Assembly (NCBI RefSeq): GCF_006345805.1
Contig: NC_043017.1
Coordinates: 22,134,001 to 22,198,000, forward strand
Direction of reading: 5' to 3'
DNA: 64,000 nucleotides
Source: Octopus sinensis
Lineage: Eukaryota
Below are positions 52,130 through 64,000 of this stretch, piece by piece; position 1 is the first letter of the stretch, and every line of letters begins with the position of its first letter. The translations under genes were made by a program, and so were the position numbers. A model generated the notes under the pieces. It had not been told where the DNA came from, made no database searches, and worked only from the letters and a program-made list of their open reading frames with translations.

Positions 52130-52787
52130 GTAAGGTATACGATACAATGCTTCGTCAGATTCGCATAATAAATACGTGTCCGTGTATGGTTTCTGAATAA
52201 CAAAATATGATTTGGAGGCTGGATGAAACGACAGTTGCTGACACGTCTTACAGTATCTTTTTCATATTTTGAATATTTTGGTGAGAAATTAAGAAATAGA
52301 AGCTTGGAGGTAAAGAAAATATAAGAAAAAAAATATAGAACAAAAATTGGCTTTAATTCTGAGCCCTAACTATTTTAATGTTAAGGTCATAAATGGGATA
52401 CAAGAAAATACAAGGGTTTTATTAAGGTGATGCTTAATGTTAATGATACAAAATTAATTTCAAACAAAGGAGTTGAAGGTTTTATCAAAATTGAGTCAAA
52501 GCAGCAATGCCTCTGATATTAGTTGCAGGTCAAAGTTGAGAATCAGATGGGCAATGGTTCAATTCCACGTAAATCAATAAATTTTATCATTTTATCAATT
52601 TCTGAAACTGTAATTACAGTTTTGGTGTAGTGTATCGATTAGATATCTTGTGTGGCCATCTGTCTGAATGTTTTATTGTCCTCTATTGCATTTTTATTCC
52701 ATCTATATCTATATATATCTATATATATATATATATTGTCCAACCCATGCTAGCATGGAAAGCGGACGCTAAACGATGATGATGATA

Positions 52788-52986
52788 CAGTAATCCCTTG
52801 CAATAACGCAGTTTATTATTTAAGTTTACGTCGATTCCTCTCTCGTTTTGTCTTGTATTTATAATAAAATAAATACATACAAATTGTAAAAATAATTTTA
52901 AAAATACAGTACTGTTTCTACTTCCCAGATTTTCACCTATCATGGAGGGGGGGGATGTGACACCCACGATAGTTGAGGGATTACCA
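52788..52986. mobile_element. Tc1/mariner-pogo-like MITE, diverged
   Basis: ta-cagtaatccct.. / ..agggattacca-ta imperfect TIRs with TA flanks. Confidence 0.45.
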
Positions 52987-54634
52987 TATCATAAATTAGA
53001 GAGAGAGAGAGAGAGAGAGAGAGGGATGAGAGACCCACATACATACACACACTCACCAGTTTTACATGCTTTTCCCTAACTACCATGAGTTAGATGAATG
53101 CACATCACTGAGGTATATATTTCACCACCAGATACACTTCTTGATGCTAATGCTTACCTGCTTTTCAGGTAAGCATTTAAGGAAGTTTCCTCATTCCATT
53201 TATCTTCAAAATTGCAGAATTACTCCATGATTTGTTGACAGAGAAATGTCAAGAATCGTCACTGTCTGTCATTCAGTGGTTTTTCAGGCAAAGCACACAA
53301 TGTAAACACTCATGCTGACACATACATGTGCACACATTTCTACCGATGACCTGCAAGTAGGCAGATATCTTTTTTGCTATCATACATTTTCCTCTTCTTT
53401 CTGTCTCTCAATTCTTTTTGCTCTTCTTTTTCTTCTCTTTGATTAAAAGGTATCCCTTGCAACAAAAAATTTATCTTGTTTTTTTCTCCTGGCATATTGA
53501 CTTTCATTGTACACTTCTTTGATTGTTGCTTTTTCCACTTTATTTTTCTACACTTTTCTATATGTGCTTTTGCTTGAATAACTCATCACAGTATATTTTG
53601 TTTGTTTGTTTGGTGTTTGCCTCAAATCTTACTTCTGTTAGTTGTGTGGCTTTTACCCAAATATATGTGTGTGTGTGAATTTGTGGGTTGTGTGTGAGTG
53701 TTTGTCTGAGTTTATGTGTGCATCTGTGGTGTGTGTCTATGTGTGTGTGTGTGTGTGCATGCATGTGCATGTGTCAGAAACTGATGTAGGTGTGTATTCG
53801 TGTGCATTTGCCTCTCACCACTTAACAACTGCCATATGTTTCTTTAGTCCCCCGTAACTTAGTGGTTCAACAAAAAAAAAAACACACTGATGGATTAAGT
53901 AAAAGTCTTACAATAAAAGAAATACTGGAGTTTATTTGATTGACTGAAGCCCTTCATGGTGGTGCTAAAGCAATGCCAAAGACAAAAGACTAAAACCATA
54001 TTCCTCAGTAATAATATTCCTCAGTTTATAAACACACACACAAACAAACACACACACACACACACACACAAACACACACAACACACACACTCACCACACA
54101 CACACAGGTGAGCACATAAGTGTAAAACAAGGCGGAAAAAATAGTACTCGAATACCAAAGGTAGAGTAATATGTCTCTTATTAACGATGAAAAAATTATC
54201 ACAAAAACTGTTACTCAGAGTTCCCTGTTTGCCAGGTATATATAAATATATTTGAGCAGATCTTTCTGTTAATAAGTGTCCGTATGGCATCAGCATCCCT
54301 TGTAGCGGTACATATGCAGTTCATGACGCGGATGTAATTGCAGTGGAAATATAACCAGTGTTTGAAATGTTTGTCGTTTATTAGAGCATCACTAAACAAT
54401 TACAGCTAAAATAGCTTATCTACAAATACAGGTACAATTGTATGTTTTTGTGCATGTGTGTGTGTGTGTAGGGAGGGCATGGTGTGCATATACACATATA
54501 TACATGTGTATATATAAATGTATTTAGATATATATAAATATATATATATATATATTATATATATAAATATGTGTGTATGTGTATGTATAAATATATATCA
54601 TATATATAATATATTATATAATATAATATGTTTG

Positions 54635-54673
<39 letters not shown>

Positions 54674-55142
54674 TATATATCAATATATATATATATACAT
54701 GTGTGTATATTAATATATATAAATGTTTATAATATAATATATATAAATAAATGTGTATATATATATATATTATATATATATATTATATATATACACAATT
54801 TATATATATATATATATATATGCATACATATATGCATATGTACATATATATACATGCATATACATACAAACATATACATACATATATACATGCATATACA
54901 TACAAACTTATATATATATATATATATTGGATTTATTCCCTAATATTATTATTATATATATATATAGATATATATATACACATTTATATATATATATATG
55001 CATACATACATATATGCATATGTACATATATATACATGAATATACATACAAACATATACATACATATATATATATATACATATATACATGCATATACATA
55101 CAAACTTATACATATATATATATTGGATTTACTCCCTAATAT

Positions 55143-55181
<39 letters not shown>

Positions 55182-55602
55182 TGCATTACATTTCTTACAT
55201 ATTCCATATTTCTCTCTGGTCATAGCATGTCATCCGATCTCCTAAAACCTATGCTGTAGCAGCTTCCTATTGTGTGAAGCCTAACAAGTTATCAAGGAGA
55301 GGAAATGAGAATTGTGACAGTCGCACTTGCTCTGCCACAGGGCATTAGTGAAGTAAATTAAGTGACATAGCTACATCGACACATCTGCCTTTGTAGACAC
55401 TGAAACAGACGGAGAATAAATTTACTCATGGACGCCATCTGCATGAAAAGTTAACAGTTAATTTAGTGCAGGTGTATTTAATATGGGGAGATTATTGTAA
55501 AGCTAATCAAACCGATCTGTGGAATGTACTGGAAGCTTATTTTGATTTAAGATTAATGTTTGCATAGTGAGTGTAGCTTTATTTAAATATCAAATTTTGT
55601 TT

Positions 55603-56067
55603 AAAGGAAGGAAGGAAGGAAGGAGAAAGAAAGCAAGAAGGAAAGAAAGAAGTTGAAGGCAAGAGGGAGAAAGAAAAAGAGGAAGAAACAAATGGAAGGA
55701 GGGAAGGAAAGAAAGAAAAGAAGGATAAAAAGAAGAAAGGAAGAGGAAGAGAAGAAGGAAGGAAGAAGAAAGGCAAGAGGGAGGAAAAGAACGGAGAAAG
55801 AAATAAAAGGAAGGAAGGAAGGAGAAGAAAAGAAAGATAAGGGGGAAGAAAGGGAGGGAGGAAGGAAAGAGAAAGAAAGAAAGAAGGTGAAGGTAGGAGG
55901 GAGAAATAAAGGGAGAAAATGAAAGGAAGGAGGGAAGGAAGAAACAAAGAAAGAAAGAAAGGATGAGGGAGGAAGGAAGGAGAAGAAAGAAGGTGAAGGA
56001 GGAGGAGAGAGGAGGAAGAGACGAAGAAAGGAAGGAAGGAAAGGAAAGGAGGAAGGAAGGAAGGAAT
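55603..56067. repeat. Polypurine (GAAA/GGAA) tract
   Basis: Direct inspection. Confidence 0.9.
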
Positions 56068-57872
56068 GGACTGTACCATCATCATTTAAGGTCTGTCTTC
56101 GATGCTGATATGAGGTGGTTGGTTCAATAGGATGTGATAGGGTTGGGTACCGCATCATACTTGAATGTCTGACTTTGCAGGCTATCCATGACTGGATGTC
56201 CTTCCTAATGCCAATCAATTCAGGAGTGTAGTGGGTGCTGTTTTTGGTACCCAGCACTAGTGAAATCACTAAGAAAGCCATAAAAGAAAAAAAAAGACCC
56301 CCCTTTTTCAAAGAGTAAAGTTGAAAGAGAGAAGCAAGTGGCTTAACCCTGTTATGCTATGTTTCTGTTATAACAGGGATAGCCACCCCCTTTAGCACTC
56401 ACATTATTCTGTCATAGACCCAGAACAATATAGGACAGAGTGGCGAGAAAGGATCTTTGGAATCTGGGCTCATTAGGAGGAAATGACGAGGGGCAATGAG
56501 ATGTGGCATTTTGCTGTACTTGATCAAATGCGTCAAGCTTAGTAAAACCACTGTCTACCACACATACAGGCCTATCCTTTCAGGTGTCAGTGCCACATAA
56601 AAGGCACCCTTGCTGGTGTCACATAGAAAGCTCTTGTGCCAGTGCGGCATAAACACACTCATGCCAGTAGCATGTAAAAAGCACCCAGCACACTCTGTTA
56701 AGCAGTTGGCATTTAAACCGGCCATATCCGGCCAAAAGTATTCTGCCTGTTTTATGTTCAAACTGGCCATATCTGGTCTCTCACACCAACCCTACAATAT
56801 CGTTTTAAAAATTAACAGCTTCCTCATCAAAATCTCATAGCTACAAGATAAGGCATGATTAGTTCAAAACAAAGTGGATAAAAAAGGATTAATTTGGCAG
56901 AATAATGCGAACACCAAAGGGTTAAGCAGTTGGCATTAGGAAGGGCATCCAGCCATAGAAACCAAGCTTCAACAGACAATTGGAGTCTGGACAGCTCCCA
57001 GCTGGTCAGCTCCATGTCAAACCGTCCAACCCATGCCAGCATGGAAAGCGGATGCTAAACGATGATGAAGATGATGATGATGCATTATCTTGTAGCTTTG
57101 TGATTTCAATGTTGTGATTGCTTATTTTCAGAATGACATTGTAGGGAAGTTGTGAGAGGTTAGCTCTGGCCAGTTTGAACATAAAACATAGAATATTTTG
57201 GCCTGAGATGGCTAATTTAAATGCTTAAGGGTTTAAATGTCTCCTCTGCTGGAGTCCTGGTAAAGCAGTAATAAACATCACACATAGTAAAATAAAAAAA
57301 GACAAAATAAAAAAGAAGATGAAATTTAGATAACCAATCACGTTGCAGCTTTGTAGTCAAATGTGTTTATGACTTCATGGTTGTTGGTTACTTTTGTTTT
57401 TAATCGAAAACAGATAAGAGTTTTTGTGATGAAATGAGTTGGTGATGAACCCAGCACTTCATCTTGTAAACAAGCAATGCCTAGATTCTGTGCAGTATAG
57501 GAAATTACTAATGGTGCTTATTCTTTGGATGAAGGGTTTACAGTTAAGCCAGCAACGAGAGTGATGCAGACAATCAAACTGGCCTTGGTGATGAGGGAAA
57601 TAGCGATTTGGGTGAACAAATACGGTAGTTGAAAGATGGGTCTTTTATTGTTATTTTCCTGAACTTTTTGTAATTCTGTCGATTAATTTGTCTGCAATTG
57701 TTACTCTTGAGCTGTATATACAACTTTATTTTTTCTTTTTATGCACAGGAGTTCAGGTGGAAGCTAAAGTTAGACACAGGGGTCCAGGTCTTAGAAGATT
57801 AAGACCTGTTGAGAGGCTAAAACATAATATAGGGGCAGAAACAGGTGTCTTGCTATGAAAGGAGTTACATGA

Positions 57873-58292
57873 GGTGGCGAGCTGGCAGAATTGTTAGCAC
57901 GCCAGGCGAAATGCTTAGCGGTATTTCGTCTGTCGTTACGTCCTGAGTTCAAATTCCGCCGAGGTCGACTTTGCCTTTCATCCTTTCGGGGTCGATTAAA
58001 TAAAGTACCACTTTCCCACTGGGGTCGATGTAATCGACTTAATCCCTTTGTCTGTCCTTGTTTGTCCCCTCTGTGTTTAGCCCCCTGTGGGTAGTAAAGA
58101 AATAGGTATTTCGTCTGTCATTACGTCCTGAGTTCAAATTCAGCTGAGGTCGACTTTGCCTTTCATCCTTTCGGGGTCGATTAAATAAAGTGCCAGTTTC
58201 ACACTGGGGTCGATGTAATCGACTCAATCCCTTTGTCTGTCCTTGTTTGTCCCCTCTATGTTTAGTCCCTTGTGGGCAGTAAAGAAATATAT
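57873..58292 (+). mobile_element. SINE family B head-to-tail dimer
   Basis: 15-bp TSD aaaggagttacatga at 57858-72 and 58293-307; internal junction aaagaaata|ggtatttcgtc at 58104/58105. Confidence 0.92.
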
Positions 58293-58829
58293 AAAGGAGT
58301 TACATGACTACTTCACATAATCTTAAGGTGGGTGTAGCTGGAAAAAGAGAGGTGGTGACAAGTTGTCAAAATGTAGATGGTGGCAAAATTAATTTGTGCT
58401 TATAGAATGAGGTGAATGGTTCAATGAATTAAAAAAAATATTTATAAATTGTTAGATCAAGAGAACACGCTTCTTCTGTTCTCTTTCATGTTGACTATTA
58501 ATGATTAATTATCACATTTATTATTCATTGTTTTGTGGACTGATGCATAAGAGAGAGAGAGAAAAAACAAACATGTCTAAATTGAACTTCACTCTTCTCT
58601 ATTTCATGAACAAGTTTATTACACTTTTAGTGGTTTCAGTCACTGGACTGTGGCCATGCTGGAGCCCCAGCTTTAAGTGTTTTTTAGTTGGACAGATCAA
58701 CCCCGGTCACCTACATGTTTATTGGTCTCTGTTCAAGTTTGCAAAGCTCTATCTTAATGTAAAGAAATACAACTCAACAAAACATATATGTAGTTATACA
58801 CACTTGGGCATTTTGTGTGTGTGTATGTG

Positions 58830-59130
58830 TGTGTGTGTGTGCATGCATACACCTACGTGTGTAGGTGTGTCCCTGTGTGCGTGTGTGTGTGTACGCATAC
58901 ACCTATGTGTGTAGGTGTGTCTGTGTGTGTGCATACACTTATGTGTGTACATGTGTGTATGTGTGTGCATGTGTGCACATACACTTATGTGTGTAGGTGT
59001 GTGTCTGTGTGTGCATGTGTGTGCATACACTTATGTGTGTAGGTGTGTCTGTGTGTGTGTGTGCATGTGTGTGCATACACTTATGTGCGTAGGTGTGTGT
59101 GTGCACATACACCTACGTGTGTAGGTATAT
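58830..59130. repeat. TG-rich minisatellite, about 40-46-bp units
   Basis: gcatacac(t/c)ta(t/c)gtgtgtaggtgtgt recurs about 6 times. Confidence 0.85.
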
Positions 59131-59521
59131 CTGTATGTGTGTGTGTGAGTGTACACGTGTGTATGTAGCAAATTACCAGACCAGTGCAATTATTCCAGTT
59201 TAATTCAACATTTGCAAAACAAAGTAATGGCTTCCACACAGTTTCCAATTCCCAAGTTTCACACAAATGGCTCCGATCAACCTGCAATGCATTATATCAC
59301 ATTTACTACATTAGTGAAAGCATGTGGCTTAGTGATATTCAGTTCATGATCATAAGGCCAAGAATTCCTGGTAGCACAGTGTGTCCTTGAGCAAGGCACT
59401 TGTTTCACATTGCTCTCATCCACTCAGCTGGCAAAAAGGAGCTATGCCTGTAATTCAAAGGGGCCAGCCTTGTAACACTCTGTGTTATGCTGAATCTCCT
59501 TGAGAACTACATTAAGGGTAC

Positions 59522-60828
59522 GGTGAGCTGGCAGAATCGTTAGCACACCGGGCGAAATGCTCAGCAGTATTTCGTTTGCTGTTACATTCTGAGTTCAAAT
59601 TCTGCCAAGGTCAACTTTGCCTTTTATCCTTTTGGGGTTGATTAAATAAGTACTAGTTACGCACTGGGGTTGATATAATCGACTTAATCCGTTTGTCCTC
59701 TCTGTGTTTAGCCCCTTGTGGGTAGTAAAGAAATAGGTATTTCGTCTCCCGCTACGTTCTGAGTTCAAATTCCGCCGAGGTCGACTTTGCCTTTCATCTT
59801 TTCGGGGTCGATTAAATAAGTACCAGTTACGCACTGGGGTCGATATAATCGACATAATCCGTTTGTCTGTCCTTGTTTGTCCTCTCTGTGTTGTGGGTAG
59901 TAAAGAAATAGGTATTAGCTCTGCCATTACGTTCTGAGTTCAAATTCCACCGAGGTTGACTTTGCCTTTCATCCTTTCGGGGTTGATTAAATAAGTACCA
60001 GTTACGTACTGAGGTCGATATAATCGACTTAATCCATTTGTCTGTCCTTGTTTCTCCTCTCTGTGTTTAGTCCCTTGTGGGTAGTAAAGAAATAGGTATT
60101 TCGTCTGCTGCTGCGTTCTGAGTTCAAATTCCACCAAGGTTGACTTTGCCTTTCATCCTTTCGGGGTTGATTAAATAAGTACCAGTTACGTACTGGGGTC
60201 GATATAATCGACTTAATCCGTTTGTCTGTCCTTGTTTCTCCTCTCTGTGTTTAGTCCCTTGTGGGTAGTAAAGAAATAGGTATTTCGTCTGCTGCTGCGT
60301 TCTGAGTTCAAATTCCACCGAGGTTGACTTTGCCTTTCATCCTTTCGGGGTTGATTAAATAAGTACCAGTTACGTACTGGGGTCGATATAATCGACTTAA
60401 TCCGTTTGTCTGTCCTTGTTTCTCCTCTCTGTGTGTTAGTCCCTGTGGGTATAAGAAATAGGTATTTCGTCTGCTGCTGCGTTCTGAGTTCAAATTCCAC
60501 CGAGGTTGACTTTGCCTTTCATCCTTTCGGGTTTGATTAAATAAGTACCAGTTACGTACTGGGGTCGATATAATGGACTTAATCCGTCTGTCTGTCCTTG
60601 TTTGTTCTCTCAGTATTTAGCCCCTTTTGGGTAGTAAAGAAATAGGTATTTCATCTGCCGCTACGTTCTGAGTTCAAATTCCCCTGAGGTTGACTTTGCC
60701 ATTCATCCTTTCAGGGTCGATTAAATAAGTACTAGTTACACACTGGGGTCGATATAATCGACTTAATCCGTTTGTCTGTCCTTGTTTGTCCTCTCTGTGT
60801 TTAGCCCCTTGTGGGTAGTAAAGAAATA
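59522..60828 (+). mobile_element. SINE family B 7-unit head-to-tail array inserted in a family-E-like SINE
   Basis: Junctions at 59735/6, 59910/1, 60094/5, 60278/9, 60460/1 and 60644/5. Units are 175-184 bp after a longer first unit. Host reads taagggtac | gcatgtctgtggagtgctcag with ggtac duplicated. Confidence 0.92.
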
Positions 60829-60934
60829 GGTACGCATGTCTGTGGAGTGCTCAGTCACTTCCATTTTAAATTTCACAAGCAGGCTGTTCAACTGTAACCC
60901 TTATCATCATAACTGATGATGTGCTTATTATCAT

Positions 60935-61396
60935 CATTGTCGTTTAATGTCCGCTTTCTATGCTGGCATGGGTTGGACAGGTTGACTGCGGACTGGTGAG
61001 CCAGAAGGCTGCACCAACCTCAATCTTATCTGGAAGTTTCTACAGCTGGATGCCCTTCCTAACACCAACCACTCTGAGAATGTAGAGAACGAGTGACATT
61101 CAGGCGGTTCTGTCAACGACCATGCTCAAAAGATGTTTTTTACGTGCTACCTGCATGGGAGCCAGTCCGGCGGCACTGGCAACGACCATACTCGAATATT
61201 GTTTGTCACGTGCCGCCGGCACATGTGCCAGTAAGGTAACGCTGGCAACGATCACACTCAAATGGTGCTTTTTATGTGCCACTGGCATGGGAGCCAATCA
61301 CACTCAGATGTGCTTTTAATGTTCCACTGGCATGAGTACCAATCAGGCGGTATGGTCATCTGCCACTTCAGCAATTTTGATTTGATTTCACTTGCC
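60935..61396 (-). mobile_element. Composite SINE-C with diverged about 60-bp internal repeats and an RTE-like (AAATC) tail at its 5' end
   Basis: C core and tail at 60935-61085, repeats with gtgccactggca, ending ttttgatttgatttcacttgcc. Confidence 0.7.
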
Positions 61397-63173
61397 CCCT
61401 AATATTATATCATATTATATCATATTATATCATATTATATTATATTATATTATATTAAATGCTATATTATTCTACATTAAGCTATTTTATCTCACATTAA
61501 TATTATATTAAATAGCATAATGCTCCTTTATTTGTTATACTATATTCTATAAAGTTCAAGATGCATTACACCATGTGTATTCCACAGTGGTTGCAGAGTC
61601 AGTGTTATTCACAAGACAAACTAGGCAATCACTGAAAGAATTAAAGTCTGTGGGCACCACAAATTTTGTACAAAGGCAAAGTTTGTTGATCAACTAAAAA
61701 CATAGCTTTTCTAAGAACATAAAAAAAAAACGAAGTAAGGAAAAAAACCAAATATATATATATAACAAATATTTTGTTAATGTTAGCCCTGATTATCTAT
61801 GTCTGTCAATAAAGAATTGTAGTAGTTGTTTGAACAGTGATTTAGCAGTATCAGAAAATTGAATCATCTCCAACGGAAGCACTGATACAATATTGTACAT
61901 GATATATATTATAGAGGCAATTATGCGGATAAACAAATTAGATATATTAAACATAACAACTTGGATCTACATAATTGCCTTCATATCTGCTCCACTTGGT
62001 CCCTCTTATAGCCATTGTCTACCCCATGGAATTGGTCCTATCTAAAGACATCAGAATCTAAGTTTGAATCATTTGAGCACTAGTATGTGTCTTCTATACC
62101 GAGAATCTCTGGATCTCATCCTTGATAAATATATACTTTATAATGCTTTTACATTTGGTTGTATTCCCAATTCATAACCAGAAAAAAATGATGCATTTTG
62201 TAGGAGTAGCCTTAGGTTTCAAATATCCTAGTACTGTCACTGAGTGGCAATTATTAAATAATTCATATGTTTGGAATTTATATAATATCTGACTGTTATT
62301 ATTATTGATTTTTATTAAATTTCTTGCAGAAAAGTTATATATTCTAATAGATCATTTGATATCATCTCTCCATCTTTGCAAAACTTCAATAGAATTTTTA
62401 TTTCGTAATATCATTTAAATTATACCTCAAAGACAGCTGCTGATATTTATGAAACCATCATCAGATACAACTGTCCCCTAGCAACAGCTTCTCTTATGTT
62501 CTAAACATAGAAAATCATTCAAGCATCAAAGAAAACCATTTAAACAAAGCTCTGTGAATATCATTTCCTAAATTCCATTTCATCATCAAATTTGCTTTTT
62601 GTTTTCTTCTTCCTCTTTAAATTTTTTTTTTATTAACGAATCTCACAATGGTGAAGAATGAAAGAAGTTCGCTTAAAAACACAGGAAATAAAAATAAAAT
62701 ATAATTATGAAAATAAAATAAAACAGAATATTTGTATATCAATCAAAGGACCGAAATTTTCTGAATTAGAAGGAATAATACAGACGTTTGGTAATTAATT
62801 AATAGTCAATAATATATTTTACGGCTTGTATTTTTCTTCATTAACACTGAAACACTGTAGTGCATATGAAAATATGAATGTATTAATTACAATCAGTATC
62901 AACATCATCATCATAGTTTTAATGTCTTAATTATCCCTAATGGCATGTGTGTGTGTGTGTTGCGGGTATGTAGTGCAGAAATTCACAGCTCATTTTGATT
63001 CAGTCTCGTATCTTTTGTCAGGTCTTGCTTTTTACAGGCGTCACCCAATGGTTCTCAACAATATCTCACTCAGATGTCCTCTACATTGTGTTCCATTCCA
63101 TGTAAATAATAACCAGGGCCTTCTTAGCAGCATTACAGACCCCTTGGCAAACCAATGTACTGTTCCCCTGTAG

Positions 63174-63392
63174 CAGTGCTTTTCAACCTTTTTGCTGGAG
63201 CGGAACCCCAAGGAAACATTCCACTGGCTTGAGGAACCCCTGTGCAATAATTTAATAGTCTTATGCACACATATCTGCACAGGAGAATTAAAAATTACTG
63301 CCGATTTTAGCAGTTTTGTAACTTCTTGCGGAACCCCTGGACTGTACTGGCGGAACCCTAAGGTTCCGCAGAAACCTGGTTGAAAACCACTG
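63174..63392. mobile_element. hAT-superfamily MITE, 219 bp
   Basis: TIRs cagtgcttttcaacc / ggttgaaaaccactg; 8-bp TSD ccctgtag / ccctatag; subterminal ggaaccc motifs. Confidence 0.9.
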
Positions 63393-63904
63393 CCCTATAG
63401 TATTTATGAATTGACAGGAAATCATGGTATGTATAGACTAGGATTGGGACCCAAAACCCAGAGCTAGATTAACCATTTTGCTAAATTAAGCACGTGCATA
63501 GGGCATCAAAGGAAATGGGGAGGGGGGGCCAACTGAAATGGTAAATGGTTTACAGCACAAAAGAAATCACTTAACACTCCCTAAACTAATATTCTAAGGG
63601 GTTTATATGATTGGAAATAAAATTTCAAAGTATTCACTGTCATAGTGCAGATCCAATCAAAAACCTTGCAATTAAAAACAGTCGAAGAAAACTTTTCCAA
63701 TATAATTAAAGTGGAAGTATAGAAAAGTAAATGGCGCACATAGCGGTGATATAAAGGGACCCCTCTTCCCTTTTAGAATTTTTTTTTAATAAAATCCCAC
63801 GTTTTTGGCTATGGAGATTCTGATTCTGATAAAACTATTTCAAAAATCACAACTTCGAAAATTCAATTTCCCCCCATTCAACCATTTCTGCATTTTTCAC
63901 TTTT

Positions 63905-64000
63905 CAGTGACCTGAATAATAATAATAACAACGTCGGAAAATACTTTAGGAATGAGAACCCAGGTTCAAAATTTCTCCAAGACACCTGATGAAGGCTGAA
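63905..64000 (+). mobile_element. Penelope-like terminal repeat with the start of a hammerhead (ACAC-CTGATGA-A-GGCTG..), truncated by the window end
   Basis: Core CTGATGA at 63986-63992; the 3' half lies outside the window. Confidence 0.4.

Noticed and set aside
59522-60828. CRISPR array or retrozyme interpretation of the 184-bp array
   Set aside because: There are no unique spacers or cas genes and the DNA is eukaryotic. No CUGANGA..GAAA hammerhead core was found on either strand of the unit.

Overview
AT-rich, microsatellite-saturated eukaryotic genomic DNA. The SINE families and overall composition suggest a coleoid cephalopod, probably an octopus; this is an inference, not a database match. 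Most ORF-track entries are translations of simple repeats. The window is dominated by tRNA-headed SINEs of several modular types, which I label A, B, C, D and E: A is CORE-like, B is Deu/Nin-like, C is (ATG)n-tailed, D is V-like, and E shares the D head. It also holds RTE and R4-type LINE fragments, hAT, piggyBac and Tc1-like MITEs, and many Penelope-like terminal-repeat remnants. There are no rRNA, true tRNA or CRISPR loci and no recognisable known gene. Main findings: (1) about eight hammerhead-ribozyme-like motifs from several families, including an apparently intact type I hammerhead at 19550-19663 with a competing inhibitory fold and a family with a shared non-canonical CUGUCGA core; (2) SINE-B concatemers (a TSD-flanked dimer and a 7-mer) that share one identical junction; (3) composite concatemers built from an RTE 3' tail plus SINE-C; (4) a tentative 4-exon plus-strand gene for a 71-aa signal-peptide-bearing cationic peptide, plus a few other splice-supported candidate exons.
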